DNA of 64,000 bases from Methyloligellaceae bacterium. GTDB taxonomy: Bacteria > Pseudomonadota > Alphaproteobacteria > Rhizobiales > CBDHHC01. Positions within the stretch are counted from its first letter, which is position 1. Every line of letters starts with the position of its first letter. A model generated the notes under the pieces. The model had not been told where the DNA came from, searched no databases, and was given only the letters and a program-made list of their open reading frames with translations. The DNA is taken from contig JBOEGA010000046.1 in the NCBI GenBank assembly GCA_050633205.1, positions 12,535 through 76,534 on the forward strand, read 5' to 3'. The translations under genes and the position numbers were made by a program. This document shows, in pieces, positions 35,545-46,754 of the stretch.

Positions 35545-37119
35545 ATGAAACTTTATCGTTCTTTTGCCACCGTTGGTGGTATGACCATGTTGAGCCGCGT
35601 ACTTGGTTTTGTTCGCGAGATTATGATTGCCTTCTTTTTCGGGGCAGGATCTGTTGCGGATGTTTTCTTTGTCGCTTTCAGATTTCCTAACCTGTTTCGC
35701 AGGATATTTGCTGAAGGGGCTTTTAACTCGGCATTTGTCCCACTTTTTACGAAAAAGCTTGAGAATGATAACCGCAGTAAAGCAAAGCAGTTTGCAGAAG
35801 AAGCGATGGCTTTGCTGCTGACAGCTCTGCTTATTTTGCTGGCTGTTGCAGAGCTGTCAATGCCATGGCTCATACATTATATTGCTCCCGGATTTTCTGA
35901 TAATGATTTCAAAGTTGATCTCGCTGTTACGCTTAGCCAGATAATGTTTCCCTACCTGCTTTTTGTTTCCATAGCAGCTCTGTTGTCGGGAATTCTCAAT
36001 GCTTTGGGGCGTTTTGCAGTTGCAGCGGCTGCTCCTGTTGTTCTCAATGTCGTGCTGGTTGGTGTGTTGATGGTCGCCTACTATTCGGGTGTTGTGGCTC
36101 AGGTAGACGCAGTAATATATCTGTCGTGGGGCGTGTTTATTGCCGGTGTTCTGCAGTTATTGATGCTGGTATATGCGGTGCAACTGGTAGGGCTGAGGCT
36201 GGAGTTCAGATTGCCGCGTCTGACGCCTGATATGCGGAAGTTTATTATTCTGGCTATTCCTGGAATTCTGGTTGGAGCTGTTACACAGATCAATATCGTT
36301 ATCGGGCAGGTTATTGTCAGCTTTCAGGACGGGGCGATTTCTGTTCTTTCCTATGCGGACAGGATTTATCAGTTACCGCTCGGGATAATTGGTATTGCTA
36401 TCGGTGTTGTTCTGCTTCCTGATTTATCAGGCAAGTTGCGTTCGGGGGATATGAGAGCGGTCCATAATAGTCAAAACAGGTCTCTGGAATTTTCCATGTT
36501 ATTGACTTTGCCTGCTGCGGTGGCGCTGTTTGTTGCTCCGGAACCGATTGTACGAGTTCTGTTTGAGCGTGGTGCTTTTAATGTTGCGAATACGCAGGCA
36601 ACAGCACTGGCGCTTTCAGCGTTTGCCTGGGGGTTACCATCGTTTGTTCTGATAAAGGTATTTACTCCGGCATTTTTTGCCAGAGAAGATACCAGAACCC
36701 CTATGATGTATGCGATTGCAGGCATGGTCTGTAATACTGTGCTTTCATTTATATTGTTCGGTTATTTCGGGATGGGCTTTTTGGGGATTGCCATAGCTAC
36801 TACCGTTGCCGGGTGGGTTACGACTGGTTTGCTCTGGCATAAACTGTTGCGTATGGGGTATTTTAAAGCTGATAATCAGTTATTGATGTCTATTGGGCCT
36901 ATTGTGGTGTCCTGTGTTATTATGGGGTGCCTGATCTGGTTTGGTGTGCATATTTTTGAACATTTATTTGCGTCTGAACAGGCTACAATTGTGCAGATTA
37001 TATCTCTAGGTGTTCTGGTTCTGATCGGGTTCTTTTCTTATGCAGCATCTGCACATTTTACAGGTGCGATACATATACCGACATTTTTGAAAATGCTCAC
37101 AAAGCGTAGAATGGCCTAA
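35545..37119 (+). CDS. murJ: Lipid II flippase MurJ (MviN)
   Basis: 524 aa. The N-terminus SRVLGFVREIMIAFFFGAGSVADVFFVAFRFPNLFRRIFAEGAFNSAFVP is diagnostic of MurJ. Confidence 0.95.
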   Translation: MKLYRSFATVGGMTMLSRVLGFVREIMIAFFFGAGSVADVFFVAFRFPNLFRRIFAEGAFNSAFVPLFTKKLENDNRSKAKQFAEEAMALLLTALLILLAVAELSMPWLIHYIAPGFSDNDFKVDLAVTLSQIMFPYLLFVSIAALLSGILNALGRFAVAAAAPVVLNVVLVGVLMVAYYSGVVAQVDAVIYLSWGVFIAGVLQLLMLVYAVQLVGLRLEFRLPRLTPDMRKFIILAIPGILVGAVTQINIVIGQVIVSFQDGAISVLSYADRIYQLPLGIIGIAIGVVLLPDLSGKLRSGDMRAVHNSQNRSLEFSMLLTLPAAVALFVAPEPIVRVLFERGAFNVANTQATALALSAFAWGLPSFVLIKVFTPAFFAREDTRTPMMYAIAGMVCNTVLSFILFGYFGMGFLGIAIATTVAGWVTTGLLWHKLLRMGYFKADNQLLMSIGPIVVSCVIMGCLIWFGVHIFEHLFASEQATIVQIISLGVLVLIGFFSYAASAHFTGAIHIPTFLKMLTKRRMA

Positions 37120-37238
37120 AATACGAGACTTGCTGATCCGGGAAAGGATGTGTATTGAGTTGCATTTCCATTTTCCATATCAGGATCTATAAAATTGCTG
37201 CCTTGTTTGCTGCGGTGATAATTTCAGGGGGAATTGAG

Positions 37239-38273
37239 ATGAAAATTGAAGAGCGGGTTTTTTCCGGTGTGCAGCCGACGGGGAATCTCCACCTTGGTAA
37301 CTATCTTGGTGCTATTACGAAGTTTGTGGCATTGCAGGAAAAGCATCAGTGCCTTTATTGTGTTGTTGATCTTCATGCAATTACGGTCTGGCAGGATCCT
37401 GATGAGCTTTTGAAAAGTACGAGAGAAGTTGCTGCGGCGTTTATTGCTTCTGGTGTTGATGCCGAGAAGAATATCATCTTCAATCAGAGTCAGGTTTCCG
37501 GCCATGCCGAGCTTGCGTGGATCTTTAATTGTGTTGCGCGTATGGGCTGGTTGAATCGTATGACCCAGTTCAAGGAAAAAGCCGGCAAGCATAAAGAAAA
37601 TGCATCGGTAGGCCTGTTTGCCTACCCTAACCTGATGGCAGCCGATATTCTGCTTTACAGGTCAACACATGTTCCGGTTGGGGATGACCAGAAACAGCAT
37701 CTGGAACTTGCACGGGATATTGCGCAGAAATTCAATGTTGATTTTGCGGATTCAATTGCAAAAGCGGGCTGTGGCGACGAGTTCTTTCCATTGCCTGAGC
37801 CTCTTATTACAGGCCCTGCAACGCGGGTTATGTCCCTGAAGGATGGCTCTAAGAAGATGAGTAAGTCTGACCCATCTGAGTTATCCCGTATTAATCTTTC
37901 TGATGATGCAGATACAATTGCAAAGAAAATTAAAAAAGCCAAAACTGACCCAGAGCCTTTGCCGAGTGAAGTCGATGGTCTTGAGGGACGCCCTGAGGCA
38001 GATAATCTGGTCGGGATTTTTGCTGCGCTTTCAGAGCGTACTAAAGCCGATGTATTGAAACAATATGGTGGTGGGCAGTTCTCAGGATTCAAACAGGATC
38101 TGGCTGAGGTGGTTGTAGAAAAATTATCTCCTATTACTAAAGAAATAGTACGTTTAATGGATGATGTTTCACATATTGATAAAGTATTGGTTGATGGTGC
38201 AGATAAAGCCCGCACGATTTCAGAGCCTATCTATGATAAAGTAAGAGAAATCGTTGGTTTTATTAGGAAATAG
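37239..38273 (+). CDS. trpS: Tryptophan--tRNA ligase
   Basis: The start at ATG 37239 gives [24 protein letters not shown] (HIGH-type motif). KMSKS is present. The 28 extra N-terminal codons of the track ORF look non-coding. Confidence 0.95.
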   Translation: MKIEERVFSGVQPTGNLHLGNYLGAITKFVALQEKHQCLYCVVDLHAITVWQDPDELLKSTREVAAAFIASGVDAEKNIIFNQSQVSGHAELAWIFNCVARMGWLNRMTQFKEKAGKHKENASVGLFAYPNLMAADILLYRSTHVPVGDDQKQHLELARDIAQKFNVDFADSIAKAGCGDEFFPLPEPLITGPATRVMSLKDGSKKMSKSDPSELSRINLSDDADTIAKKIKKAKTDPEPLPSEVDGLEGRPEADNLVGIFAALSERTKADVLKQYGGGQFSGFKQDLAEVVVEKLSPITKEIVRLMDDVSHIDKVLVDGADKARTISEPIYDKVREIVGFIRK

Positions 38274-38394
38274 TCAGTCAATTTATGGTAAATAATATTT
38301 CATTATTAAGAAATCCTAGCATATTTTATAGTTTGTGTTAAAACTACTGTTAAAGGTTTCTGAATTTTAAATGAAATAGTTATGGCTTTTGTGA

Positions 38395-38904
38395 ATGACT
38401 GAAACAAGAAGAAGACGTGTTTTCGAAGAAGGACGTTTAAGAAAGTTTCTGGTAGTTCTTGATGAAACTACTGAATGTGAAGGCGCCATGGCGTTTGCAG
38501 CTAACCGGGTTCGCAGAACCGGGGGACGTATTACATTTCTCTATGTAGTTGAACCTGGTGATTTTCAACACTGGCTCGGTGTTAAAGAGATTGCCAGGGA
38601 AGAGGCTTTTACAAAAGCTCGTGCGGTTTTTCGGCTTTACACCCGAAAGTTGAAAAATATGGGCTTTGAGGAGCTTGAGCCAGAAGAAATTATTCGTGAA
38701 GGCCAGAGGGCGGAAGAAATTCTTAAGCTTATAGAAGAGGACAGGGATATTGCTATCCTTGTTCTTGGGGCTTCCGAAGAACCAAATGGTCCAGGACCGC
38801 TGGTTTCCTCATTTGCTGCCGGGCAACATGCCGGGCGTTTTCCTATCCCCATTTCAATAGTTCCCGGCCATTTGTCACCTGAAGAGATTGAAGGCTTGGC
38901 ATAG
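38395..38904 (+). CDS. Universal stress protein (UspA-family)
   Basis: 169 aa with the pattern FLVVLDETTE...ILVLGAS...G...S, typical of Usp alpha/beta domains. Confidence 0.75.
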   Translation: MTETRRRRVFEEGRLRKFLVVLDETTECEGAMAFAANRVRRTGGRITFLYVVEPGDFQHWLGVKEIAREEAFTKARAVFRLYTRKLKNMGFEELEPEEIIREGQRAEEILKLIEEDRDIAILVLGASEEPNGPGPLVSSFAAGQHAGRFPIPISIVPGHLSPEEIEGLA

Positions 38905-39049
38905 CGCTTTATTACCACTATATATTTCCTATAATTTCAGTGCCTTAATGTCTTATGATGTCAGGGGTATCGATTTTTGTAGAAATTTCAGGAACGGTTC
39001 GTTAAACTGATGAAAACTAGAATCGTTCTAAAGTAGCGTAGGTGCTCAA

Positions 39050-39610
39050 ATGTTTATACAAACAGAGGCAACTCCAAATCCGGTTACATTGAAGTTTATT
39101 CCGGGTAAGGCAGTGCTGGATAGCGGAACACGGGATTTTCGTAGTGCTGAAGAGGCAAGCGGATCTCCATTAGCCACGCGTTTATTCGAAATTAACGGTG
39201 TTACTGGCGTATTTCTTGGCTCAGATTTTATATCTGTTACCAAGGAAGAAGGAGAATGGCAGCATCTGAAGCCTTCAATTCTCGGTGTTATTATGGAGCA
39301 TTACATGTCTGGTGCGCCTGTTGTTGATGACGGGTCTGTCGGGGCGGAAAGTGCTTCAGAAGAGGATTTTGATCCTGCTGATGGCGAGATCGTAGATACT
39401 ATCAAAGAACTTCTGGAAACCAGAGTTCGACCTGCAGTTGCACAGGATGGTGGTGATATTGTATTCAGGCGATATCAGGAAGGTATTGTGTATCTTCATA
39501 TGCAAGGTGCATGTGCGGGTTGCCCAAGTTCCACGGCAACACTTCGTCATGGTATTGAAAACCTTCTTAAACATTTCATTCCTGAAATTCAGGAAGTTCG
39601 TCCGGTTTAA
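39050..39610 (+). CDS. NifU-like Fe-S cluster scaffold/carrier (Nfu_N plus NifU C-terminal domain)
   Basis: MFIQTEATPNPVTLKFIPG marks the Nfu_N domain. The C-terminal part has GGDIVFRRYQEGIVYLHMQGACAGCPSS with the CxxC motif. Confidence 0.9.
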   Translation: MFIQTEATPNPVTLKFIPGKAVLDSGTRDFRSAEEASGSPLATRLFEINGVTGVFLGSDFISVTKEEGEWQHLKPSILGVIMEHYMSGAPVVDDGSVGAESASEEDFDPADGEIVDTIKELLETRVRPAVAQDGGDIVFRRYQEGIVYLHMQGACAGCPSSTATLRHGIENLLKHFIPEIQEVRPV

Positions 39611-39637
39611 CCTGTTGCAAGAGGCAAGATCTGCTTT

Positions 39638-40324
39638 ATGAATATACTTGCCTTTGATACTACCATGCAGGCCTGTTCTGCAGCTGTGCTGACAGAAGCT
39701 GGTGGATGTTTTTCCATCCTTCGGGAAATTGAGCGGGGTCATGCAGAGGCACTTATGCCCATGGTGCTTGAAGTCCTTGAGCAGGCGCAGGTTACTTTTC
39801 AGGATATAGATTGTGTTGCAGTGACGCTGGGGCCGGGAGCCTTTACGGGTGTTCGGGTTGGTGTCGCTACGGCTCGTGGGCTTGGTGTTGCGCTGGATAA
39901 ACCTGTTTATGGATATTCCAGCCTGCATGTTATGGCGGCTCAAGCAGTTGCAGAAGCATGTGTGTCGGAGTTTGAGCAGATTGTTGTAACAACAGATGCC
40001 CGGCGCGGTGAGTTATATGCCCAGATTTTTGATCCGGGACTACAGGCAATTGACCTTCCCTTTATGACCACAGCAGAAAAACTCAGCGAGCTTATACTGT
40101 CCAGAGAAACTCTGGTGATTGGGAGTGGTGGGGCTGATTTAGCTTCTGCGATAGCAAATGAAGGCGGCACGCAGTGGATTATGCCTGAACTCTTGCCTGA
40201 TGCGGCTGCTCTTGTGCGTCTTGCGGGGTCTGAGGTTGGGCGCCAACAGGATATTTCTCCTTTATATCTACGTGCTCCTGATGCAAAGCCACAGGTGGGG
40301 AAGCACGTTCTCCGGGCCAGTTAG
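39638..40324 (+). CDS. tsaB: tRNA t6A biosynthesis protein TsaB
   Basis: MNILAFDTT...VTLGPGAFTGVRVGVATARGL is the TsaB/YeaZ signature. Confidence 0.9.
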   Translation: MNILAFDTTMQACSAAVLTEAGGCFSILREIERGHAEALMPMVLEVLEQAQVTFQDIDCVAVTLGPGAFTGVRVGVATARGLGVALDKPVYGYSSLHVMAAQAVAEACVSEFEQIVVTTDARRGELYAQIFDPGLQAIDLPFMTTAEKLSELILSRETLVIGSGGADLASAIANEGGTQWIMPELLPDAAALVRLAGSEVGRQQDISPLYLRAPDAKPQVGKHVLRAS

Positions 40325-40339
40325 CGGAGGCTGTTGTTA

Positions 40340-40822
40340 ATGTCTTTTGATATTTCAGCCATAAAGCCAAGACCTATTGATAATATATCAGATGAGTGGG
40401 TTGCTGCATTAGCTCAGGTCCATGGAAATCTGTTTTCTGATGGGTGGTCAGAGCAGGATTTTATTCGCTTTATAGAAAATCAATCAGATATTGTGATCGC
40501 AGCAATTGATGAAAATCTTCATATTCTTGCCGGGTTTTTAATTCTTCGTATAGTTATTGATGAGGCAGAAATTCTAACTATCGGAGTTGCTGCGGATTAT
40601 CAAGGGCGTGGTGTTGCTTCACTGCTCTGTAAGGACTTGCTTGATACTGCTACAAAGGATGGGGTGAAGAAGATATTTCTGGAAGTTCGTGCAGATAATG
40701 TAAAGGCTTTAAGTCTGTATGAAAAACAAGGATTTGATCTTGTGGCAACCCGTGAAGGTTATTATAAAAATCATAAAGAGGCCGGTAGAATTGATGGTTT
40801 AGTAATGCAGAAGTCTATATAG
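40340..40822 (+). CDS. rimI: Ribosomal-protein-alanine N-acetyltransferase RimI
   Basis: GNAT motif IGVAADYQGRGVASLL. Its position directly after tsaB is conserved. The start is ATG 40340 or TTG 40334. Confidence 0.85.
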   Translation: MSFDISAIKPRPIDNISDEWVAALAQVHGNLFSDGWSEQDFIRFIENQSDIVIAAIDENLHILAGFLILRIVIDEAEILTIGVAADYQGRGVASLLCKDLLDTATKDGVKKIFLEVRADNVKALSLYEKQGFDLVATREGYYKNHKEAGRIDGLVMQKSI

Positions 40823-40889
40823 ACAATATTTCTTCTGTTTTCGATGGGCGATTTATTCTAACATAGTCAAACTATATTTAGTTGAATCC

Positions 40890-41339
40890 ATGAGGGATGG
40901 TGGAATAGTGTCGGAAAACTTTAGTAAGCTTGAACAGTTGTGTGCGGAAAAAGGTATGCGTATGACCGACCAGCGTCGGGTTATTGCGCGTGTTCTGTCT
41001 GAAGCACTGGATCACCCCGATGTCGAAGAAGTCCATCGGCGGGTGAATGAGCTTGATAATCGTATTTCGCTTTCTACCGTTTACCGTACTGTCAGAATGT
41101 TTGAAGAAGAAGGCATTATAGAGCGGCATGATTTTGGTGATGGCCGTGCCAGATATGAGCAGGCTGATACGGAGCACCATGATCATCTGATTGATATTAA
41201 ATCGGGTAAGGTTATTGAGTTTCGCAATGAGCAGATCGAGCGGTTGCAGGAAGTTGTTGCCAGAGAACTCGGATATAAGCTTGTTGACCATAAACTTGAA
41301 TTATATGGAATACCACTTAGCGACAAAAAGAACCCGTGA
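40890..41339 (+). CDS. fur: Fur-family metalloregulator (alphaproteobacterial Fur/Mur type)
   Basis: RMTDQRRVIARVL...LSTVYRTVRMFEEEGII...HHDHLIDIKSGKVIEF. It is the Cys-less C-terminal variant seen in alphaproteobacterial Fur/Mur. Confidence 0.85.
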   Translation: MRDGGIVSENFSKLEQLCAEKGMRMTDQRRVIARVLSEALDHPDVEEVHRRVNELDNRISLSTVYRTVRMFEEEGIIERHDFGDGRARYEQADTEHHDHLIDIKSGKVIEFRNEQIERLQEVVARELGYKLVDHKLELYGIPLSDKKNP

Positions 41340-41412
41340 TAAAGCTAGAGTAGACAAACTCTGAATAAAAATAATAGATTACAATTTTAATCTGGAGTTA
41401 GGGCATACGGAA

Positions 41413-42207
41413 ATGCAGTCTATTCGCGGTACCCTTGTTGCTATGGGCTTTTTGCTATTTACTTTACCATTGATGCCGTTTCAGTGGTTTCTGCTGGCAG
41501 TAAATTCCAAATACCGGATTAACTTCCCCAGATGGTACCATCAGATGGTATGCAGGATTATTGGGCTGAAAGTTCATATGAGCGGGGAGTTCCAGAAAGA
41601 GGGAGCTGTTTTTCTTGTCTCCAATCACACTTCCTGGCTTGATATTACTGTTCTGGCTTCGGTTAAACCATTGTCGTTTGTTGCTAAGAAGGAAGTTGCC
41701 GGATGGCCTTTATTCGGTTGGCTAGCCAAGCTTCAGAGAACAGTATTTGTTGACCGGCAGAGAAAAACTGCAAGCGGTAAAACAACAGGCGAAGTTGCTT
41801 CAAGGTTGCTGAAAGGTGATACTATTGTACTTTTTGCCGAAGGGACCAGTAGTGATGGCAATGGAGTTCTACCCTTTAAAACAGCTCTTTTTGCTGCTGC
41901 CGAAGTCCAAAATCATGCCGAATATACGGAAGATTCTCCTCCAATATATGTGCAGACTGCTGCTATTGCCTATACAAGGCAGTTAGGGTTGCCATTGTGT
42001 CGTCATGGTCGCCCCCGGGTTGCCTGGTATGGTGATATGGATCTGATGGATCATATGTGGGGCGTATTTAAAGGTGGACCGTTTGATGTTCATGTTAAAA
42101 TTGGTGAGCCGATTGCCATGGACAAGATTAAAGACCGCAAGGAACTTGCCAAGCTGAGTGAGGAAGCTGTTCGCCGTGATGTGGTTTCTCTTCTCAGGCA
42201 GGGATGA
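41413..42207 (+). CDS. Lysophospholipid (1-acyl-sn-glycerol-3-phosphate) acyltransferase
   Basis: N-terminal TM, the HX4D motif (SNHTSWLD) and FAEGTSS. Confidence 0.85.
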   Translation: MQSIRGTLVAMGFLLFTLPLMPFQWFLLAVNSKYRINFPRWYHQMVCRIIGLKVHMSGEFQKEGAVFLVSNHTSWLDITVLASVKPLSFVAKKEVAGWPLFGWLAKLQRTVFVDRQRKTASGKTTGEVASRLLKGDTIVLFAEGTSSDGNGVLPFKTALFAAAEVQNHAEYTEDSPPIYVQTAAIAYTRQLGLPLCRHGRPRVAWYGDMDLMDHMWGVFKGGPFDVHVKIGEPIAMDKIKDRKELAKLSEEAVRRDVVSLLRQG

Positions 42208-42348
42208 GCCTCATTAGCAGCGCAGAAGCAGGCTTTCCCGGACCTGTTTATCGTGATATGGGTCTTGATCTTCTTTCAGGGTATTATCCCTATGCACCCT
42301 GAAGAGGGTTTATCGAAATAAATTTAATGCGATTGTAAAGTGTGAAAT

Positions 42349-43731
42349 ATGACAGGACGCAATAAAAAGCTTCATATTAAAACTTTTGGCTGCCAGATGA
42401 ATGTCTATGATTCCGAGCGTATGGCGGAGGCTTTAGCGCCTGAGGGATATGATGAGACAGGCGCAATTGATGATGCGGATGTGATTGTTCTGAATACCTG
42501 TCATATTCGTGAAAAGGCTGCTGAAAAGGTTTATTCAGACCTTGGCCGTATTAAGCAGCTTAAGAAAGACCGGGCTGAGCAGGGCAAGGAAACATTTATT
42601 GCTGTTGCCGGTTGTGTTGCGCAGGCAGAGGGTAATGAAATTCTGAGGCGGGCTCCTGTTGTTGATCTGGTCATTGGTCCCCAGAGCTATCAGCGTTTGC
42701 CAGAGCTGGTTTCCAAGGCGAAGTCAGAGAAGACTCGTATTGTTGAGACGGAATTTCCGGAAGAGGATAAATTCAAAAGCCTGCCGAAACGAGTATTGAA
42801 GCGAGCTCCGACGGCATTTCTGACAGTGCAGGAAGGGTGTGATAAATTCTGCACGTTCTGTGTCGTACCATATACGCGGGGAGTCGAGTTTTCCCGTCCG
42901 GTTAAAGAGGTGGTTGATGAAGCCGTATCTCTGGTTGAAACCGGTGTAAGGGAAATTACACTGCTCGGGCAGAATGTGAATGCCTATCACGGTGTTGGTA
43001 GCGATGATAAAAGCCGCTCTCTGGCCCAGCTTATTGAGTTGCTGGCAGAGGTTGACGGATTGGAGCGGATCAGATTTACGACCAGCCATCCGAATGACAT
43101 GAGTGATGATCTTATTCAGGTCTTTGCAGATTGTGATAAACTGATGCCTTATCTTCATCTGCCATTTCAGGCGGGGTCAGATCGTATTCTTAAGGCGATG
43201 AACCGAAAGCATACTCAGGCAGAGTATTACGAAGTTATTGAGCGCATACGTAATGCCAGACCTGATCTGGCCTTATCTACCGATATTATTGTCGGTTTTC
43301 CGGGAGAAAGTGAAGCTGACTTTGAGGAAACAATGAATGTTGTCCGTGAAGTGACGTTTGCTCAGGCCTATTCATTTAAATACAGCTCTCGTCCGGGGAC
43401 ACCTGCAGCAGAGCTTGACGGGCAGCTTGAAGAGGCAGTTAAAACGGAAAGGCTGCACCGTCTACAGGCGCTTCTTAATGAACAGCAGCACAGTTTTAAT
43501 CAGTCCTGCATGGGACGTGAGTTTCCGGTTCTTTTTGACAGAAAGGGCAGGGAAGAAGGTTTTCTGGTAGGCCGTTCGCCATATTTACAGTCAGTTCATG
43601 CGAGATGTGATGAAAATGACCTTGGTGAAATAAAAATTGTAAAAATTAACCAGGCCGGGCCAAATAGCCTTAAGGGTGTCATAAAACCCTTTAAAGATTC
43701 TGCTAGCAAGGAAGACCGCGCTGTTTTGTGA
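42349..43731 (+). CDS. miaB: tRNA-2-methylthio-N6-dimethylallyladenosine synthase MiaB
   Basis: FGCQMN, the radical-SAM motif [11 protein letters not shown], and a C-terminal TRAM domain. Confidence 0.95.
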   Translation: MTGRNKKLHIKTFGCQMNVYDSERMAEALAPEGYDETGAIDDADVIVLNTCHIREKAAEKVYSDLGRIKQLKKDRAEQGKETFIAVAGCVAQAEGNEILRRAPVVDLVIGPQSYQRLPELVSKAKSEKTRIVETEFPEEDKFKSLPKRVLKRAPTAFLTVQEGCDKFCTFCVVPYTRGVEFSRPVKEVVDEAVSLVETGVREITLLGQNVNAYHGVGSDDKSRSLAQLIELLAEVDGLERIRFTTSHPNDMSDDLIQVFADCDKLMPYLHLPFQAGSDRILKAMNRKHTQAEYYEVIERIRNARPDLALSTDIIVGFPGESEADFEETMNVVREVTFAQAYSFKYSSRPGTPAAELDGQLEEAVKTERLHRLQALLNEQQHSFNQSCMGREFPVLFDRKGREEGFLVGRSPYLQSVHARCDENDLGEIKIVKINQAGPNSLKGVIKPFKDSASKEDRAVL

Positions 43732-43791
43732 TAAGAAAATCATAAGGATTCAGGCGGAAAATAAAATTGCTGGTATCAGAGGAGTAAATAT

Positions 43792-44823
43792 TTGGCAGGC
43801 GTTCAAAAACAAAGGTCTTCAGGTCGCATGAAACAAACAGGAAAAGCCCGTGAGAAGGGCCTCTTATCCGTATCTTTTGAGGATAATCATCTTGTCGCCC
43901 ATCTGCTGGGAGAGTTTGATGCCAATCTGGCCCTTATAGAAGAACGGTTGGGAATCGAGGCTATAGCCCGTGGTAATACAGTTTTATTAAAGGGAGCTGA
44001 GGATAGTTGTGCAATCGGGCAGGCTGTGCTTCTCACTCTTTATGACCGTCTTGCCAAGGGTGAGCAAATTGGTTCCGGTGAGATTGATGGAGCTATAAGA
44101 CATATGCTTGTCAGTCATTCTCCTACACATGGTGGTGAAAACAAGGTTCAGGAAGCTGACGTATTAGCTCAGGCCCAGATCCGTACCAGAAAACGTGTTA
44201 TTTCCGGCCGGACAGTAACGCAGTCGGAATATATCCGGACGTTGCATCGCGATGATCTTGTATTTGCGACAGGGCCTGCGGGTACTGGTAAAACCTACCT
44301 GGCTGTTGCTTATGCAGCTTCGTGCTGGGAGCGTGGCGAGACTGAAAGAATTATCCTGTCCCGCCCTGCTGTTGAAGCCGGGGAAAGGCTGGGCTTTTTG
44401 CCTGGAGATATGCGTGACAAGGTGGATCCATATCTTCGCCCGTTGTATGACGCTTTATATGATGTCCTGCCTCCAGAACGGGTTGAGCGTGGTTTGGAAA
44501 GTGGTGAAATTGAAATAGCACCGCTCGCTTTTATGCGTGGGCGTACACTATCCAATGCTTTTGTCATTCTTGATGAGGCGCAGAACTGTACGACCATGCA
44601 AATGAAAATGTTCCTCACCAGACTTGGTGAAAAAAGTAAAATGGTCGTCACTGGCGATCCAACACAAATAGATTTGCCCAAAGGAATGCTTTCCGGTCTT
44701 ACTGATGCAGTTGGCCTGCTTGAGGGAGTTGAAGGTATCGGGCGTGTGAATTTTTCCAGATCTGATGTTGTACGTAGAGATCTGGTTGCAAGGATCGTCG
44801 AGGCCTATGACAAGGGTCAATAG
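43792..44823 (+). CDS. ybeZ: PhoH-like ATPase (YbeZ)
   Basis: Walker A GPAGTGKTYLAV, RPAVEAGERLGFLPGD, and ILDEAQN. The start is uncertain (TTG 43792 or the ATG 12 codons downstream). Confidence 0.92.
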   Translation: MAGVQKQRSSGRMKQTGKAREKGLLSVSFEDNHLVAHLLGEFDANLALIEERLGIEAIARGNTVLLKGAEDSCAIGQAVLLTLYDRLAKGEQIGSGEIDGAIRHMLVSHSPTHGGENKVQEADVLAQAQIRTRKRVISGRTVTQSEYIRTLHRDDLVFATGPAGTGKTYLAVAYAASCWERGETERIILSRPAVEAGERLGFLPGDMRDKVDPYLRPLYDALYDVLPPERVERGLESGEIEIAPLAFMRGRTLSNAFVILDEAQNCTTMQMKMFLTRLGEKSKMVVTGDPTQIDLPKGMLSGLTDAVGLLEGVEGIGRVNFSRSDVVRRDLVARIVEAYDKGQ

Positions 44824-44828
44824 GACAG

Positions 44829-45365
44829 ATGGAAAATTCGAAGGTATTTTTGGAAAACGAATGGGAATACAACCTGCTTGAAATTGATGAGGGTTCTCAA
44901 AATTTAAAAGTAGAGGTTGAAATTGTTTATCACTCAAACGAGTGGAATAAACTGAATAATCTTGAAGATGGCATACTGAAAGCGGTTCATGCCACGTTTA
45001 GCCGTGTTAAGCTGGAAGAAGAGAGACCAATTCTTGTGTCTCTCGCGTTTTCAGATGATGCTGAAGTGCACAGGCTAAATAAAACTTTTCGAGGTAAGGA
45101 CAAGTCCACCAATGTGTTGTCATTTCCTGCCGGGCAGGATGAATGGGCGCCACAGGACGGGCCGTTGTCAATAGGTGACGTTATTCTGGCATATGAGACT
45201 GTTGCTAAAGAAGCTCAGGAACAAAAGCTGGAGCTTCGGGATCATATTCATCATCTGGTTATTCACGGGATTCTGCATGTACTCGGATTTGATCATGAGG
45301 ATGATGAAGAAGCCGAGGTGATGGAAGGTCTGGAAAGAGAAATTCTTGCCAGTTTAAAGGCGTAG
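44829..45365 (+). CDS. ybeY: rRNA maturation endoribonuclease YbeY
   Basis: It carries HHLVIHGILHVLGFDH, the zinc-binding motif. Confidence 0.93.
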   Translation: MENSKVFLENEWEYNLLEIDEGSQNLKVEVEIVYHSNEWNKLNNLEDGILKAVHATFSRVKLEEERPILVSLAFSDDAEVHRLNKTFRGKDKSTNVLSFPAGQDEWAPQDGPLSIGDVILAYETVAKEAQEQKLELRDHIHHLVIHGILHVLGFDHEDDEEAEVMEGLEREILASLKA

Positions 45366-45641
45366 ATGCGTTAAGCCGGCATGGAGCTTTGGGATATAGC
45401 TATTGAAGGCTCGCAAAATGTGATTATATAGTAAAAGCTTTATTCTGATCTTTTGTATCAATATTTATATATACATGGTGTTTTGACACTTTTTATATTT
45501 ATTCTGATATAGAGACTGGTTGTTAAGGCTGTTTAAATTGAGAACTATTAAGCAATCAATTTCTGCTATCATGCTTTTGAGATGATGTTCAATACACCAC
45601 GGAGCAATCTTTCAGGGCGAATTCTGAGGCTCCATTTTTAG

Positions 45642-46679
45642 ATGACCAATACAGACGTGCTAAAAAACAACTCCTACCTTCAAACGACCGGGAATGATGA
45701 CGGATCTTCCCAGGACGGGTGGCTAGACAAGATAAAGAATACACTCGGTCTGGAAGAGGATGATGTTTCTCTTCGGGACAAGATCAGCGATACATTGCAG
45801 GTTGACAGTCAGGGTGATACGTCATTCAAGCCGCAGGAACGGGCTATGTTGCTTAATATCCTGCGTGTTGGAGCGCTTCGCGTTGATGATGTTATGGTTC
45901 CCCGTGCCGATATTATCGCAATTGATGAGAACGAGAGTGTTTCCGAACTTTTGCAGATGTTTGAAAGGGCAGGTCACTCCCGCATTCCACTTTACAGGGA
46001 CACACTTGATGACCCCATGGGAATGGTTCACATCAAGGATCTTATGCAGTGGATTACAAATTATTCGCGTGAAGTAAGCGGCAAGAGTTCAGGTTCTGGT
46101 GTTGATCTGACTCCGGTTGATCTGAAAACCACAATTGCATTAACCAAGATACGCCGTGATGTTCTGTTTGTTCCTCCTTCCATGAGCGTGGTTGATCTTT
46201 TACTCAGGATGCAGACAACGCGTGTTCATATGGCACTTGTTATTGATGAATATGGCGGGACAGACGGGCTTGTTACTATTGAAGATCTGGTTGAAGAGAT
46301 TGTCGGTGAGATTGAAGATGAACATGACCATGAGGACAAACCTCTGATTTCGGAGGCTTCTGACGGAACGCTTGTCGCAAATGCACGAACACCTGTTTCG
46401 GATCTGGAAGAGAGGCTGGATAAGTCTCTGATTATTGCAGAGCGAGAGGATGAAGTTGATACGATTGGTGGGCTGGTGTTTTCTATTGTTGGCCGAGTTC
46501 CTGTTAAGGGTGAGATTGTGCGGCATCCTAATGGAATTGAATTTGAAATTCTGGATGCCGATCCAAGACGTATCAAACAACTTAAAATAGATGCCAACCC
46601 GACTGATAAAAAAATAGCCAAGAAGAAGGCTGTACCTCCAGCTTCTCAAAAGCGTGCCCAGGAACAGGATTTAAATTAA
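45642..46679 (+). CDS. corC: CBS-pair plus CorC_HlyC domain protein (CorC/YbeX, TlyC-like)
   Basis: VDDVMVPRADI..., a CBS pair and a C-terminal transporter-associated domain. Its position after ybeY is conserved. Confidence 0.88.
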   Translation: MTNTDVLKNNSYLQTTGNDDGSSQDGWLDKIKNTLGLEEDDVSLRDKISDTLQVDSQGDTSFKPQERAMLLNILRVGALRVDDVMVPRADIIAIDENESVSELLQMFERAGHSRIPLYRDTLDDPMGMVHIKDLMQWITNYSREVSGKSSGSGVDLTPVDLKTTIALTKIRRDVLFVPPSMSVVDLLLRMQTTRVHMALVIDEYGGTDGLVTIEDLVEEIVGEIEDEHDHEDKPLISEASDGTLVANARTPVSDLEERLDKSLIIAEREDEVDTIGGLVFSIVGRVPVKGEIVRHPNGIEFEILDADPRRIKQLKIDANPTDKKIAKKKAVPPASQKRAQEQDLN

Positions 46680-46754
46680 CCCTGAGTGTATCCTGATTTT
46701 TTTGAATGTGATATTAGCTCTGCCAGATTATATTAAGGTAAGAGATGGTATAGC

